The notes below the pieces were generated by a model. The model saw only the letters and a program-made list of their open reading frames with translations. It did no database searches and was not told where the DNA came from. The position numbers and the translations under genes were made by a program. A DNA stretch of 64,000 nt from an uncultured Gammaproteobacteria bacterium. Its GTDB lineage: Bacteria > Patescibacteriota > Microgenomatia > Woykebacterales > RBG-16-39-9b. Location: the NCBI GenBank assembly GCA_965231125.1, contig OZ246414.1, positions 209,739 to 273,738 on the forward strand. Reading direction: 5' to 3'. Shown one piece after another: positions 1-12,101 of the stretch. Positions within the stretch are counted from its first letter, which is position 1; every line of letters starts with the position of its first letter.

Positions 1-1
1 A

Positions 2-895
2 GGTAGGGTAACGGTTGGAAACTTTAGCACGGTTACCTCGAAAAAATACCCAGCTGGTACTAGCATAACTGCGGTTGGCGGTGCGTCTCAAGGTTTAATC
101 TTTACTTTGGACACAGCTGTCACTGTTCCAAAAGCTACCTCTTCAGGTTTTAATATTGTGGCTGGGCAAGCCGGCGTTAATGTAACCGCCAGCAAAATTG
201 GAGATAAAGGCAATGTTTCGGCAGGGTCTGATTTTCAAGTAGATGACGAGTCAATTGGGACCGTTAAAGCAACTAACGACCTTGATTTTTCGGGAGGAGA
301 ATCCCACCAGATAACGGCTGTATCCGACGAGGACAGAAAAAATCTTAGGGCGAAACTTTTAGCCAAACTTACTCAGGAGGCTAAGAAAGATCTTCAGAAC
401 AAACTTGGAGGGGCAAGCGTGCCGAACGGTGGTCTATCCGTTCAGGTGACCACAGAAAAATACGATAAGGCGGCCGGTGAGCAAGCAAAGGAAGTTAATT
501 TGACGATGGAGGTAACCGCCAGCGCAAAACTTTTTAAGGAGGAAGACCTCAAGAAAGTGTTAATTGGGTCAATGACAGTTCCGGATGGCTACGTCATAGA
601 TGAATCTGCCTCGCAAGTAAGTTCTAAAATAATCGGTACGGCTGGACAAGACGGTGCGGTGCAAGTTTTAGGAAAAATTAAAGCCGTTTTGGTGCCGGAT
701 ATAAAGCCTGAAGAACTGGCTGGTTATTTGGCGGGTAAAAGCTTTGGGGCCGCTAATTCATATCTGACAACTCTAAAAAATATTTCTGGGTTTGATATAG
801 AAATTAGGCCGGCAATATTTAGGATATTTAAGATTCTGCCTTTTAACAAATCCAGAATTAAAATTGACATATCGGAGCAGGATAGTGCAGACTAA
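2..895 (+). CDS. 5'-partial baseplate J/gp47-like domain protein (CPR-type, next to mltG)
   Basis: Frame is open from base 2; 'YPAGTSIT...IFTLDTAVTVP', 'VTASKIGDKGNV' and 'DFSGG' resemble baseplate-J-like proteins. Confidence 0.55.
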   Translation, partial: GRVTVGNFSTVTSKKYPAGTSITAVGGASQGLIFTLDTAVTVPKATSSGFNIVAGQAGVNVTASKIGDKGNVSAGSDFQVDDESIGTVKATNDLDFSGGESHQITAVSDEDRKNLRAKLLAKLTQEAKKDLQNKLGGASVPNGGLSVQVTTEKYDKAAGEQAKEVNLTMEVTASAKLFKEEDLKKVLIGSMTVPDGYVIDESASQVSSKIIGTAGQDGAVQVLGKIKAVLVPDIKPEELAGYLAGKSFGAANSYLTTLKNISGFDIEIRPAIFRIFKILPFNKSRIKIDISEQDSAD

Positions 896-1892
896 CTGGG
901 TTAAAAAAGGGAGAGTAATTGGTCCTTTTGGCGTATTTTCCACATTGCTAATAACAAGCTTTTTACTAGTAATTGCCGGCGTCTCGGTAGCAGGGGCTTG
1001 GTACAAAATTTCGCTCAAACCAAAAGGTGGAAACGTAACAAAAATTTTCGTAATTGGCAAAGGAGAGACAGCCCGAGAAATCGTCGGGAGGTTAGAAGAG
1101 GAAGGGCTAATTAAGAGCGCTTTCGCTTTCAGAATATACCTCTCAAGCTCTGGGTTTGGTAGTAAAATCCAAACCGGAACCTTTCGCCTCTCCTCAAATC
1201 AAAGTGCGCTTGAGCTTGCCCAGGAGTTACAAGGAGGTGAGCTGGATAAATGGGTTACTTTAGTGGAAGGTTTAAGAGACACGGAAATGGCCGCGATTTT
1301 GGCCAAGGAGTTCGCTATTAGCGAGGAAAATTTCATAAGTGCAGCCAAAGAAGGCTACATGTTTCCCGACACTTACTTAGTACCTGTGGATACCTCAGCT
1401 GAAAAAATTGTTACTATTCTAAGGAAAAATTTTGATAAAAAGGTTGATACGAAAGTTAGAGATCAAGCTAAAAAGGAGGGTTTAACTTTAAACGAGCTGA
1501 TAACACTGGCCTCAATAGTTGAGAGGGAATCTAAGACTGGTTCCGAGCGGCCAATAATTGCGGGAATCCTGCTTAAGAGATTTAAAGAAGGAATTCCTTT
1601 AGGAGCAGATGCTACTGTCCAGTACGCTTTGGGCTATCAATCAAGTGAGAAAACTTGGTGGAAAAAAATCCTTACCGATGAAGATCTTCAAACTGATAGC
1701 CCTTACAACACTCGCAAGTTTGCAGGTTTACCACCAACGCCAATATGTAACCCTGGACTTGCTGCTATTAAAGCAGCCGCCGATCCAAAATTTACCAATT
1801 ACAATTTTTATCTTCATGACCCCCAAGGAAAGGTTCATTTCGCTGAAACTTTGGAAGAACATAATGCAAACATTGCTAAACATTTAAGATAA
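864..1892 (+). CDS. mltG: Endolytic transglycosylase MltG (start uncertain)
   Basis: N-terminal TM; EGYMFPDTY, LASIVERE, DATVQY, SPYNT..GLPPTPICNPG motifs. Confidence 0.93.
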   Translation: MTYRSRIVQTNWVKKGRVIGPFGVFSTLLITSFLLVIAGVSVAGAWYKISLKPKGGNVTKIFVIGKGETAREIVGRLEEEGLIKSAFAFRIYLSSSGFGSKIQTGTFRLSSNQSALELAQELQGGELDKWVTLVEGLRDTEMAAILAKEFAISEENFISAAKEGYMFPDTYLVPVDTSAEKIVTILRKNFDKKVDTKVRDQAKKEGLTLNELITLASIVERESKTGSERPIIAGILLKRFKEGIPLGADATVQYALGYQSSEKTWWKKILTDEDLQTDSPYNTRKFAGLPPTPICNPGLAAIKAAADPKFTNYNFYLHDPQGKVHFAETLEEHNANIAKHLR

Positions 1893-1993
1893 GCAAAGAC
1901 ACTTGTAAACTTTGTGGGTACCAACTGACTTCGGACAAAAATGGAACGCAAGGTAGGATAAAATTTGACAAATAAGTAAGGCGTGTTTTATGC

Positions 1994-2434
1994 TTGAAGA
2001 AACTGCTTGTGAACGATAATCAAATCAAAACCACAAACTGGACCGCCTTTTTTCTCATCGTTGCTTTCCTGATTTTAGTGCCCGCACTTATTAGTTTCCT
2101 CTACTTAAGCGGCAAGGGTACGGAAAATGTAAAGAAGGAAACAAAAGTTAGCAGGATAGCCGGTCAGGCTCGGGTTTCCATCACCAAAGCCGGTTTTACC
2201 CCTTCTACCATCCAGATAGAGAAGGGCGTCCAGGTCACCTGGACCAACAACGACAGCTCCCCCCATCGAGTAGCGTCTGATCCTTACCCAACTCACACCA
2301 GTTTACCAGCCCTAGATTCTGAGATTCTAGCCCCCAAGGAGTCTTTCAGCTTTATCTTTGAGAAAATGGGCACCTTTACTTATCACGATCACCTCAAGCC
2401 ATTAAAGATTCGGGGGACTGTAATTGTCAAATGA
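1994..2434 (+). CDS. Membrane-anchored cupredoxin-domain protein
   Basis: TM segment, then GFTP...VTWTN.D..PH...SDPYPTH...GTFTYHDH. Confidence 0.75.
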   Translation: MKKLLVNDNQIKTTNWTAFFLIVAFLILVPALISFLYLSGKGTENVKKETKVSRIAGQARVSITKAGFTPSTIQIEKGVQVTWTNNDSSPHRVASDPYPTHTSLPALDSEILAPKESFSFIFEKMGTFTYHDHLKPLKIRGTVIVK

Positions 2435-4521
2435 TGAATTTTGTTAGAGAACCGATTAATTTAAGAGATTACCGTCACCTAACTTCAATAGTCGTCGTGG
2501 CGTTTATTTTTGTTTCAGTCGTTGTTACAGTAAGTGGAGGTTTGAAACTTGAGGAGACAACTCGTAAACCAAAAGCAGCTAATCCATTAGAAACCATGAC
2601 CACCCCAGAAGGTACCGTTATAAACATTTATACAACCGGCGTGACGGCTGCGCAAATGTACAAATATTTGAAGGATAATGGCCTGGATTATGCAAGAGTT
2701 GGATCAGAAATGCGGGTAGACGTGGTTCCAACAGGTTTCACCACCGCGAGTGTTGGTTGCGGGTCTAGCGGCTCGACTTACGTTGCTAACCCCCCTGCAT
2801 TGCAGTTTAACATAAACGATATACTTTCTCACCCCAATTATTCTGTCGCCTACGAGTATTCTCACGCTTGGTTTACTTATTTTGCCTGTACTGCCTGGAA
2901 AGGTTCCTGGGACGAGTATCTTAAAGCCCGCAACCTCCTCGGTGATCCTCGACTTAATACGGATCTGTGTTGGACAGTTAATGACGGTCTGAGCGGCAGT
3001 GATTATGTAAAACTTTTTGCTCTGCCAGATCCTGGAGTTATTGTTGCCAAATGCCCCCCGGATATTCCGCTTGCCTCAGATGTGCCGGGTCTTAAAACTT
3101 TCTTAACCACAACCTGGAAGACCGGTTATAGTGGGACGGATACAGTTGCACCAACGGTCTCTATCAGACAACCGTCTAATAATGGTAATGTTTCTGGAAC
3201 TTCAGTCCAGATTTCTGCCAGTGCGGCGGATAATAATGGGGTTGCCTATGTTGAGTTTTATATCGATGGTGCTCTGAAACGGTTGGATGCTTACGGTTTC
3301 AATTTTGATTATACTTGGGACTCGACAAAAGTCGCTGACGGAGCACATGCAATCACTACCAAGGCCTATGACGCCGCTGGAAATACTGCATCGGCATCTA
3401 TTAATGTAAATGTTAATGGTTCAGGTGGGGATACCCAGGCACCCACTGTAACCATTACTTCTCCAGCGAACGGTGCTTCAGTTTCTGGGAATGTGAATGT
3501 AAATGCCAACGCTACGGATAATGTTGGGGTGACCAAAGTCGAGTTCTCTGTAGACGGGCTCTTGAGGGCTACTGATACAACCTCACCATACGGATTTACT
3601 TGGGATTCGACTACGGTTACAAATGGTACTCGCAATCTTTCTGCTAAAGCATTTGATGCGGCAGGTAATGTTGCTTCCGACACGATTTCTGTCACTGTGG
3701 CAAATGGTGACACCCAACCCCCATCAACACCCTCGGGTCTGACAGCTAGTGCAGCTAGTGCTACCTCAGTTAATCTCTCCTGGACCGCCAGTACAGATAA
3801 TGTTGGAGTCACTGGCTACTGGATTGTCAGGAATGGGGTCACGATTGCTTCTTCACTCACCAACAGTTACACTGATAATTCTGTTTCACCCGCAACCACC
3901 TACAACTACCAAGTAATCGCCTTTGATGCGGCTGGTAATACCTCTAGTACTTCTAACACCGCCACAGTGACTACCCCGGCTGCTCCGGATACTACACCAC
4001 CCTCCGCACCAACTAATCTAGTGGCCACGCCTGGTTCTTCTTCTCAGATTAACTTAAGCTGGACTGCCAGTACAGATAATGTAGGTGTGACTGGCTATGA
4101 TATTTACAGAAACAGTACTAAGATTGCCAAGGTGACTACAACAAGTTTTGGGGACACAGGACTGGCCGCCTCCACCACTTACAGTTACTTTGTCAAAGCA
4201 ATGGATGCGGTTGGTAATACCTCCAGCCCATCTAATACAGCTACTGCTACTACACTTAATCCTTCAATAAAAGGCAACATCACTGGAACCGTATTTAGCT
4301 CTGCTGGTGGGGTTGTAGCTGGGGCGAAACTTACTATATTTGTTTCTGGAAGCAAGAGAACATATTACACTTCTTCCTTTGGGATTTATTTTATCGACAG
4401 CATTCCCGTAGGTACTTACGATCTTCGGGTGTCAGCCCAGAGGTTTGCGCAGCAACAAGTGCAAGTTAGTGTGATAGCTAATACTACGACTACAAAAGAC
4501 ATCACTTTACAGAAAAGATAA
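2431..4521 (+). CDS. Surface protein: TM, zincin-like domain, 2 Ig-like (Big), 2 FN3, carboxypeptidase-regulatory-like domain
   Basis: DT.APTV.I repeats with WDST and A.DAAGN; LSWTASTDNVGVTGY twice; C-terminal GNITGTV...G.Y. Confidence 0.8.
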   Translation: MMNFVREPINLRDYRHLTSIVVVAFIFVSVVVTVSGGLKLEETTRKPKAANPLETMTTPEGTVINIYTTGVTAAQMYKYLKDNGLDYARVGSEMRVDVVPTGFTTASVGCGSSGSTYVANPPALQFNINDILSHPNYSVAYEYSHAWFTYFACTAWKGSWDEYLKARNLLGDPRLNTDLCWTVNDGLSGSDYVKLFALPDPGVIVAKCPPDIPLASDVPGLKTFLTTTWKTGYSGTDTVAPTVSIRQPSNNGNVSGTSVQISASAADNNGVAYVEFYIDGALKRLDAYGFNFDYTWDSTKVADGAHAITTKAYDAAGNTASASINVNVNGSGGDTQAPTVTITSPANGASVSGNVNVNANATDNVGVTKVEFSVDGLLRATDTTSPYGFTWDSTTVTNGTRNLSAKAFDAAGNVASDTISVTVANGDTQPPSTPSGLTASAASATSVNLSWTASTDNVGVTGYWIVRNGVTIASSLTNSYTDNSVSPATTYNYQVIAFDAAGNTSSTSNTATVTTPAAPDTTPPSAPTNLVATPGSSSQINLSWTASTDNVGVTGYDIYRNSTKIAKVTTTSFGDTGLAASTTYSYFVKAMDAVGNTSSPSNTATATTLNPSIKGNITGTVFSSAGGVVAGAKLTIFVSGSKRTYYTSSFGIYFIDSIPVGTYDLRVSAQRFAQQQVQVSVIANTTTTKDITLQKR

Positions 4522-4649
4522 AAGTCCCCTCTAAAAATAATTTTGGCTGGCCCAGTATATTGACTAACTTTTTAAGTGAAGAACTAGCTTAAAAACTGCA
4601 GCTTCTGCGCTAAAACAAAACATGCTGGGATACATGCTTGGGTTGGGTC

Positions 4650-4678
4650 TTGACAAGTCGACCTTTCGATGTTATTAT
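4650..4678 (+). promoter_or_regulatory. Sigma70-type promoter for rpoBC
   Basis: TTGACA-17 nt-TATTAT with extended TG. Confidence 0.65.
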
Positions 4679-4908
4679 AAGCGTAATTGAATATGGAAAT
4701 GACGTACGAATGTACGAGGTACGTCATTATTTTTTGCGTTTTACTCGTTTTAATCTTCTCCGATAAGGATCGGGGAAATGACGTCCTCTCCAACTTCACG
4801 TCGGAGCTGCCGACGTTTTATCGCCCCTAGGGTCGGGGAAAATAATTAGAGGTACTTCTTCGTAGATCCAGAAGAGTACCATAGAATTTATCTTAATTTA
4901 ATATTTTG

Positions 4909-7900
4909 ATGGCAAATTCTCTCTCAAGGAAAGTATTTGGGACAGCAGGGCACCAATATCCAATACCCAATTTAATAGAGACTCAAAAGACTTCCTATTC
5001 TTGGCTTCTTGGCGAAGGCATCAAGGAGTTACTTTCTGACATCTCCCCGATAGAAGATTTTACTGGAAAAACTTTTTCCCTAAGCTTTTTGGAGCATTCT
5101 TTAGGCGAGCCAAAATATACACCCGAAAAAGCGGTTGAAAAAGGGGTCACGTACTTCGCACCTCTTAAGGTGAAAGCAAGACTATTAAATAAAGAAACCG
5201 GCGAAACCATGGAACAAGAGGTTTTCATGGGCGACCTTCCTCTAATGACCGATTCGGGAACTTTCATAATTAACGGTGTTGAAAGGGTGGTGGTCACCCA
5301 ACTTACCCGGAGCCCGGGAATTTTTTACACTTCTGATATAGATCCGGCTACAGGCAGAGCTTTATACAGGGCGGAACTGAGACCAACTCGTGGTAGTTGG
5401 TTGGAATTTGAGACAGCTAAAAATAACGTTATCACTGTAAGAATTGATCGCAAGAGGAGATTGCCTGTGACTGTTTTGCTCAGAGCTGTGGGATACGGCA
5501 GTGATGATAAAATTAGAGAGCAGTTTGCAGAAATTGAAGAAGTCTCTGAGCACAAGTACATCGCCGCAACTCTCCAAAAAGACTCTACCAAAACATCCGA
5601 TGAAGCTTTCTTGGAAATCTATCACAAAATGCGCCCCGGTGACCCAGCGATACTTGATAATGCCAAACTTCTTCTGGAGACTCTTTTCTTCAACCCAAAA
5701 CGTTATTCTTTAGGAAAAGTCGGTCGCTACAAGCTAAATAAGCGCCTTTCTTTAGAAATTCCTAACAATCCCGAAAATTGGATTCTCAGACCAGAAGATA
5801 TAGTTGCCGGCACTAAATTACTTATTAAGCTTAACAATGGTGAAGGGGATCCGGACGACATTGATCATTTAGGTAATAGACGTCTAAGAGCAGTTGGGGA
5901 ATTAATTCAAAATACCCTGCGAGTGGGCTTTTTACAAATGGAAAGAGTCTCTAAAGAGAGAATGAGCATTTCCGCAGATCAAATGGCCGTGACACCAACT
6001 AGTTTAATTAACGCTCGACCGGTAGTTGCTCGCCTAAACGAATTTTTTGCGGGTAGCCAACTGTCGCAGTTTATGGATCAGATCAACTCACTTTCAGAAC
6101 TAGAACATCTGCGCCGACTTTCAGTTATGGGTCCGGGTGGGCTAACTCGCGAGCGAGCCAGTTTTTCAGTTCACGACGTTAACAACTCGCAATACGGCCG
6201 GATCGATCCAATAAAAAGTCCCGAAGGGCCAAACATCGGTTTAATTACCCATCTTGCTTTGATGGGACGCGTTAACGAGTACGGGTTTCTAGAAACCCCT
6301 TACCGAAAAGTTGTCAAAGATAAAAATGCTAAACCCAAGGTCACCGATGAAATAGTTTGGCTTATGGCAGATGATGAAGAGGGTTATTACATTACGGATT
6401 CAAATGCACGAACAGATAGCCAGGGCTATATTTTGGACAAGAGGGTAGCGGTGCGCCACAAAGCCTCTTTCACCACCGGGGCGGCAGACCAGGTAGATTT
6501 TGTTGATGTAGTGCCTTGGCAAATCGTTGGTGCATCGTCTTCCCTTATCCCCTTTTTAGCACACGATGATGCTAACCGGGCTCTTATGGGGGCTAACATG
6601 CAAGGGCAAGCGGTTCCTTTGGTCCGGCCAGAATCCCCAATTGTCGGTACCGGTATGGAGAGGGTTGTGGCTGAAAATATGGGTAGGGTTGCCAAGTCTC
6701 CGGTGGATGGGGAGGTTAGCGTTGTTGAAGGCAGTGAAATTATCATTAAAGGTAAGGACAAGAAAGAATACCGCCTGCCACTTAAGAAATTTACCAAATC
6801 AAATCAAAATACAGCTTACAGCCAAAGGCCAATCGTTTCCCGCGGCGAAAAAGTAAGGCAAGATCAAATAGTTGCGGATGGGCCGGTAACTGATTCTGGG
6901 GAACTATCTCTGGGCAAGAATTTGCTTATCGCTTATATGTCTTGGGAAGGTTATGGCTACGAAGACGCTATTATAATTTCCGATAGATTGGTGAAAGAGG
7001 ATGTTCTTACCTCTATTCATATCGAAGAATACGAATGCTCAGTTACGGAAACAAAATTGGGTCCCGAAGAAACTACGCGCGATATTCCCAACGTTGGCGA
7101 AGAGGCTTTGGCCAATTTAGATGAGCAAGGGATAGTTTACATCGGGGCCGAAGTTGGTCCGAACGATATACTTGTTGGAAAAATTACGCCAAAAGGTGAG
7201 ACAGAATTAACCGCCGAAGAAAGGCTCTTGCGAGCAATATTTGGTGAAAAAGCCAGGGAAGTTCGAGACACTTCTTTGCGTATGCCTCACGGTGAGCGCG
7301 GAACAGTTATTGCTATCCAAATTTTATCTAAAGAAGCCGGCGATGAACTTGAGCCAGGTGTCCAACGGCTCATTAAAGTTAAAGTTGCACAGACAAGAAA
7401 AGTAACTATCGGTGATAAACTTGCCGGTCGCCACGGAAACAAAGGAGTTATTTCTAAAGTTGTTCCCGCTGCCGACATGCCCTACCTTGAAGACGGAACA
7501 CCAATAGATATTATCCTTTCCCCACTTTCGGTTATTTCGAGAATGAATTTGGGTCAACTTTTAGAAACCCATCTTGGTTGGGCCGCTCAAAAACTTGGTC
7601 ACAAAGTGGCCGTACCGGCTTTTGGCGGATTCAAGGAAGAGCAGCTAGTCGAAGAACTTAAAAAGGCGTCTCTTCCAGAATCTGGAAAAGTCACTCTTTA
7701 CGATGGTAAAACTGGGGAAGCCTACGATAATCCAGTGGTTGTTGGCATTGGTTACATAATGAAGCTTGTCCATATGGTCGATGAAAAAGTTCATGCCAGA
7801 AGTACTGGTCCGTACTCTTTGGTTACTCAACAGCCGCTTGGTGGTAAAGCCCAAATGGGAGGCCAACGGCTCGGGGAAATGGAAGTTTGGGCTCTTGAAG

Positions 7901-8268
7901 CCTATGGTGCAGCCCACACTCTCCAGGAAATGCTGACAATCAAATCTGATGATGTTGTGGGGAGAGCTAAAGCTTTTGAGGCGATTGTTAAGGGAACGGA
8001 AATTCCTGAGTCTACGGTTCCGGAATCATTTAAAGTTTTAGTTAAAGAGCTTAATGGCTTGGGTTTGAAGGTCGAGCTTTTGGGAGCTCAAGTTGAGCAG
8101 GAACACGTGGAGACAGAAAAGGAATTGCAGGAAGAGGAAAAAGTTGAAAAAGAAGCTAAGGAACTTGCGGAGGCCTCGGGAGAAGAAGAAATAGTTACTA
8201 GCCAAGAGCTAGCCGCAGATAAGAGTCTGTCTGTTGAAGAGAGTGTTTCCGAAAAGGGGGCTTCTTAA
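4909..8268 (+). CDS. rpoB: DNA-directed RNA polymerase subunit beta
   Basis: [34 protein letters not shown]. Confidence 0.99.
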   Translation: MANSLSRKVFGTAGHQYPIPNLIETQKTSYSWLLGEGIKELLSDISPIEDFTGKTFSLSFLEHSLGEPKYTPEKAVEKGVTYFAPLKVKARLLNKETGETMEQEVFMGDLPLMTDSGTFIINGVERVVVTQLTRSPGIFYTSDIDPATGRALYRAELRPTRGSWLEFETAKNNVITVRIDRKRRLPVTVLLRAVGYGSDDKIREQFAEIEEVSEHKYIAATLQKDSTKTSDEAFLEIYHKMRPGDPAILDNAKLLLETLFFNPKRYSLGKVGRYKLNKRLSLEIPNNPENWILRPEDIVAGTKLLIKLNNGEGDPDDIDHLGNRRLRAVGELIQNTLRVGFLQMERVSKERMSISADQMAVTPTSLINARPVVARLNEFFAGSQLSQFMDQINSLSELEHLRRLSVMGPGGLTRERASFSVHDVNNSQYGRIDPIKSPEGPNIGLITHLALMGRVNEYGFLETPYRKVVKDKNAKPKVTDEIVWLMADDEEGYYITDSNARTDSQGYILDKRVAVRHKASFTTGAADQVDFVDVVPWQIVGASSSLIPFLAHDDANRALMGANMQGQAVPLVRPESPIVGTGMERVVAENMGRVAKSPVDGEVSVVEGSEIIIKGKDKKEYRLPLKKFTKSNQNTAYSQRPIVSRGEKVRQDQIVADGPVTDSGELSLGKNLLIAYMSWEGYGYEDAIIISDRLVKEDVLTSIHIEEYECSVTETKLGPEETTRDIPNVGEEALANLDEQGIVYIGAEVGPNDILVGKITPKGETELTAEERLLRAIFGEKAREVRDTSLRMPHGERGTVIAIQILSKEAGDELEPGVQRLIKVKVAQTRKVTIGDKLAGRHGNKGVISKVVPAADMPYLEDGTPIDIILSPLSVISRMNLGQLLETHLGWAAQKLGHKVAVPAFGGFKEEQLVEELKKASLPESGKVTLYDGKTGEAYDNPVVVGIGYIMKLVHMVDEKVHARSTGPYSLVTQQPLGGKAQMGGQRLGEMEVWALEAYGAAHTLQEMLTIKSDDVVGRAKAFEAIVKGTEIPESTVPESFKVLVKELNGLGLKVELLGAQVEQEHVETEKELQEEEKVEKEAKELAEASGEEEIVTSQELAADKSLSVEESVSEKGAS

Positions 8269-8269
8269 T

Positions 8270-11200
8270 ATGAATGAAATTAAAGATTTTGAAGCATTAA
8301 GAATAATTTTGGGTTCGGCTGAGGATATACTAAGTTGGTCTCACGGAGAAGTTACCAAGCCCGAGACCATAAACTACCGAACTTTCAGACCAGAGAAAGA
8401 CGGTCTTTTCGATGAAAAGATTTTTGGACCCACTAAAGATTGGGAATGTTATTGCGGAAAATACAAGAGAATTCGTTACCGCGGAGTTATCTGTGACAAG
8501 TGTGGGGTTGAAGTTACTCAATCGAAGGTTAGGAGAGAACGAATGGGTCATATTAGTCTAGCCGCACCAGTCGCCCATGTTTGGTTTTTCAAAGGTTCTC
8601 CTTCTAAACTGTCTCAACTTCTAGATCTTACCCCGCGGAGTTTAGAAGCGATAATTTACTTTGCACAGTACATAGTTGTCGAAGTTAACGAGGATAAAAG
8701 AAAGGAGGCCTTGGAAAAGGTTGAGGAAAGAATAAAAAAGACAAAAGAGGAGATAAAAGATCAGTTTGCGAAACAAGCTAAGGAAGTGGAAAAGGAAGCG
8801 GAAGCCGAGATAAAAAAATTAGATATAAAAAACAAAGAACAAAAGGAATTAATAATTGAGGAGCTTAATCTAAAAACAAAGGCGCGCCTTGCTTCCTTGA
8901 GGGATGAGGAGGCTAACGAACTGGCAAAAGCTGATGATGAAAGCAAAGTAACTTTAGAAAAAATAAAATCCATTGTACCGGTATCCCTTCTTTCAGAAGA
9001 AGAATATCTAAAATTAACGGATTTTGGAGCCAGCAGTTTCTTAAAAGTAGGCATGGGTGCGGAAGCTCTGGTTCAAATTCTAAAGTCAATTGATTTGGCT
9101 AAATTAGCCCAGCGGCTTCGAGAAGAAGTCCAAAATTACACTGGACAAAGGCAGATAAAAGCAACGAAAACTCTGCGAATTGTTGAGGGTTTAAGGACTG
9201 CCAGTATTGGCTTGGATAGAATGATTCTCAAGTATCTGCCGGTTATTCCCCCAGACCTTCGTCCAATGGTCCAACTTTCCGGTGGACGTTTTGCAACTAG
9301 TGATCTGAATGATTTGTACCGCCGGGTTATAAATAGGAACAATCGTCTGAAGCGTTTAATGGATTTGGGTGCACCAGAAATAATTTTAAGAAACGAAAAA
9401 AGAATGCTTCAAGAGGCTGTGGATGCCTTAATAGATTCTACTCAAAGACCTGTTGGTAGAGCTGCGCCGGCACAGCTGCGTTCCCTCTCCGACATGTTGA
9501 AAGGAAAGCAAGGAAGATTTCGCCAAAACCTTTTAGGTAAAAGAGTCGACTACTCTGGGAGAAGTGTAATTATAATTGCCCCAGATATTAAATTAAATGA
9601 GTGTAGGGTGCCAAAGGAAATGGCACTAGAGCTTTTTAAGCCTTATGTTCTTCGTGAATTAATCTTTCAGGGTTACGCACCCAATGTAAAAAGCGCTAAA
9701 AATGTTTTCGAGAGAAGAGGCGAAGAAGTTTGGGATATACTTGAGGCCATCACTAAAAACCACCCAGTGTTGTTAAACCGGGCCCCAACATTGCATCGGT
9801 TGGGAATTCAAGCTTTTTACCCAATACTTACCGAAGGAAACGCTATCGGTGTTCACCCATCGGTTTGTGCCGGTTACGGAGCAGATTTTGATGGTGATCA
9901 AATGGCAATTCACATTCCTCTATCGAAAGCGGCAATTGGCGAATCCGAAGAATTGATGATGTCAACAAATAATCTTCTGCGGCCGGCTGACGGTGAGCCC
10001 ATAATGACTCCACGGCACGACGTTTTTCTTGGTGTTTATTACCTTACGCACATGCAGGAAGGCGAGCCAAAGGGTTTTTTTGCCGAGGACGAGGCGGTAA
10101 CGGCCTATCAAGCAAATAAAATCTCACTCACCACCCCAATTAAAGTCTGGTACAAAGGTGAGCTGTTGGACACCACCGTGGGTAGAATTCTTTTTAACAA
10201 TATTCTTCCAGGAGAGTTGCAATTTATTAACAATCGGGTAAAAGGGTCCGATCTAAAAAATATTCTAACTTCCTGCCAAAACCTTTTTGGGACAGATCGT
10301 ACCGTTGCCTTAATTGACGATATAAAAGACTTGGGTTTCTATTTCGCTACAATCTCGGGGATATCCATGGCCATAGCCGACTGTGAAATACTTCCAGAAA
10401 AGAAAGGTTTAGTTAGCCAAGCGGATAGGAAAGTTGAAGACATAGAAGGCAACTACCGAAAGGGATTAATTACTCAAACTGAGAAAACCCGTCTTACCGA
10501 AGAAGTTTGGGCGGATGTAACGGCCCAAGTTGATGAAAAAACATGGAAGGCGCTGAGAAAAGATAATCCCTTGCGAATTTTGCAAGAATCTGGTGCCCGT
10601 GGTTCTCGCGACCAGATAAAACAGCTAGCCGGTATGCGTGGTCTAGTAGCGGACCCACTTGGTAGAATTGTGGAACTCCCATCGAAAAGTAATTTTAGGG
10701 AAGGATTAGATGTTTACGAATACTTTACTTCAACCCGAGGGGCCCGAAAAGGTTTGGTAGACAAGGCTCTTAAGACGGCTGATGCTGGTTACTTGACTCG
10801 TAGATTAGTAGACGTTACGCACGATGTGCTTGTCCGCGAGGATGATTGTAAAACCAAAGAGGGAATTAATGTATCTGAAAGTGAGGAACGAACCACCGTA
10901 CTCGCAAATAGAATATTTGGTCGCACCCTTGCAAGGGATTTAATTGATGATAGAGGAAAAATTATCCTTAAAAAAGGTGAACAGATTATTGATAATAATT
11001 TCGAAAAAGCTAAAGCCGCTAAAATTTCAACTGTTTTTATCCGGTCTACCCTTACTTGTGAAACCAAGTACGGCGTTTGTATAGCTTGTTACGGGATCGA
11101 TCTTTCTACCAAGAAACCAGTTAAAATCGGTACACCCGTTGGTGTTATCGCGGCTCAATCTATCGGAGAACCAGGGACCCAGCTTACAATGCGTACTTTC

Positions 11201-12025
11201 CACCTTGGTGGAGTTGTCGGTTTAGATATAACCCAGGGGCTGCCTAGGGTGGATGAAATTTTTGAAGCTAGGTTACCAAAAACTCCAGCTGTGATTAGTG
11301 AAATATCAGGCAAAGTTCAGGTGATTGAGAGTGATGAGGGTAGAAAAGTTAGAGTTTTTGGTGAAGGAAGAAATAAAACGGAAAAAGAGTACTTGATACC
11401 AGTTTCTAGTGAGCTTTTAGTAACAGAGGGCCAGGAGGTTGCTGCCGGAGATAGATTAACTAGCGGACACTTGGATCTAAAAATATTACTTGAAACAAAG
11501 GGCATTAGAGCTGTCCAACAATATGTAGTTTCAGAACTACAAAAAGTGTATGAATCACAAGGTGCTCCAATTAACGATAAGCACTTTGAAGTAATTATTA
11601 GAAAAATGGGTGAAAAAGTTAAAGTTGAATCTTCAGGGGACACTTCGCTACTGCCGGGCGAATTGGTGGATAAAGTAAAGTTTGCGGAAGAAAATGCAAA
11701 GGTATTGGCAGCCGCCGGGGAACCAGCTACTGCCTCCGTAATTATCTTAGGTATTACTCGAGCCTCTTTATTCACAGAGTCGGTTCTTTCTGCCGCCAGT
11801 TTCCAGGAAACTACTTCAGTTCTTCGGGATGCGGCGATTAGCGGCAAGATAGATTATTTAAGAGGCCTAAAAGAAAATGTAATAATTGGACGTTTAATTC
11901 CTACCGGTGAGCGGGCCAGGCTGGATCGAAGAAAAGAGGTTCAAGTGACAGGTAAAGTGGTCGCCGCCGAAGAGGTTAAGATTAAAGAAGCAAGGCTGGT
12001 AGAAACAGAACCCGCAAAGGTCTAA
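8270..12025 (+). CDS. rpoC: DNA-directed RNA polymerase subunit beta-prime
   Basis: Zn finger [35 protein letters not shown]; ATG at 8270 just after the rpoB stop. Confidence 0.99.
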   Translation: MNEIKDFEALRIILGSAEDILSWSHGEVTKPETINYRTFRPEKDGLFDEKIFGPTKDWECYCGKYKRIRYRGVICDKCGVEVTQSKVRRERMGHISLAAPVAHVWFFKGSPSKLSQLLDLTPRSLEAIIYFAQYIVVEVNEDKRKEALEKVEERIKKTKEEIKDQFAKQAKEVEKEAEAEIKKLDIKNKEQKELIIEELNLKTKARLASLRDEEANELAKADDESKVTLEKIKSIVPVSLLSEEEYLKLTDFGASSFLKVGMGAEALVQILKSIDLAKLAQRLREEVQNYTGQRQIKATKTLRIVEGLRTASIGLDRMILKYLPVIPPDLRPMVQLSGGRFATSDLNDLYRRVINRNNRLKRLMDLGAPEIILRNEKRMLQEAVDALIDSTQRPVGRAAPAQLRSLSDMLKGKQGRFRQNLLGKRVDYSGRSVIIIAPDIKLNECRVPKEMALELFKPYVLRELIFQGYAPNVKSAKNVFERRGEEVWDILEAITKNHPVLLNRAPTLHRLGIQAFYPILTEGNAIGVHPSVCAGYGADFDGDQMAIHIPLSKAAIGESEELMMSTNNLLRPADGEPIMTPRHDVFLGVYYLTHMQEGEPKGFFAEDEAVTAYQANKISLTTPIKVWYKGELLDTTVGRILFNNILPGELQFINNRVKGSDLKNILTSCQNLFGTDRTVALIDDIKDLGFYFATISGISMAIADCEILPEKKGLVSQADRKVEDIEGNYRKGLITQTEKTRLTEEVWADVTAQVDEKTWKALRKDNPLRILQESGARGSRDQIKQLAGMRGLVADPLGRIVELPSKSNFREGLDVYEYFTSTRGARKGLVDKALKTADAGYLTRRLVDVTHDVLVREDDCKTKEGINVSESEERTTVLANRIFGRTLARDLIDDRGKIILKKGEQIIDNNFEKAKAAKISTVFIRSTLTCETKYGVCIACYGIDLSTKKPVKIGTPVGVIAAQSIGEPGTQLTMRTFHLGGVVGLDITQGLPRVDEIFEARLPKTPAVISEISGKVQVIESDEGRKVRVFGEGRNKTEKEYLIPVSSELLVTEGQEVAAGDRLTSGHLDLKILLETKGIRAVQQYVVSELQKVYESQGAPINDKHFEVIIRKMGEKVKVESSGDTSLLPGELVDKVKFAEENAKVLAAAGEPATASVIILGITRASLFTESVLSAASFQETTSVLRDAAISGKIDYLRGLKENVIIGRLIPTGERARLDRRKEVQVTGKVVAAEEVKIKEARLVETEPAKV

Positions 12026-12101
12026 TTTGGCGCGGCTGTCAGCTAGCGCCACCGTCCTTTAAGTTGCCCTCTTCTTTTTCAGATGCTAGAATTTAGCCAA
12101 A

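Noticed and set aside
2-895. Prophage, suggested by the baseplate-J-like protein
   Set aside because: No other phage structural genes are in the window, and the neighbour is the housekeeping gene mltG.
3130-4260. DNA repeats such as GCCAGTACAGATAATGT in the surface protein gene
   Set aside because: Explained by duplicated Ig-like and FN3 protein domains.
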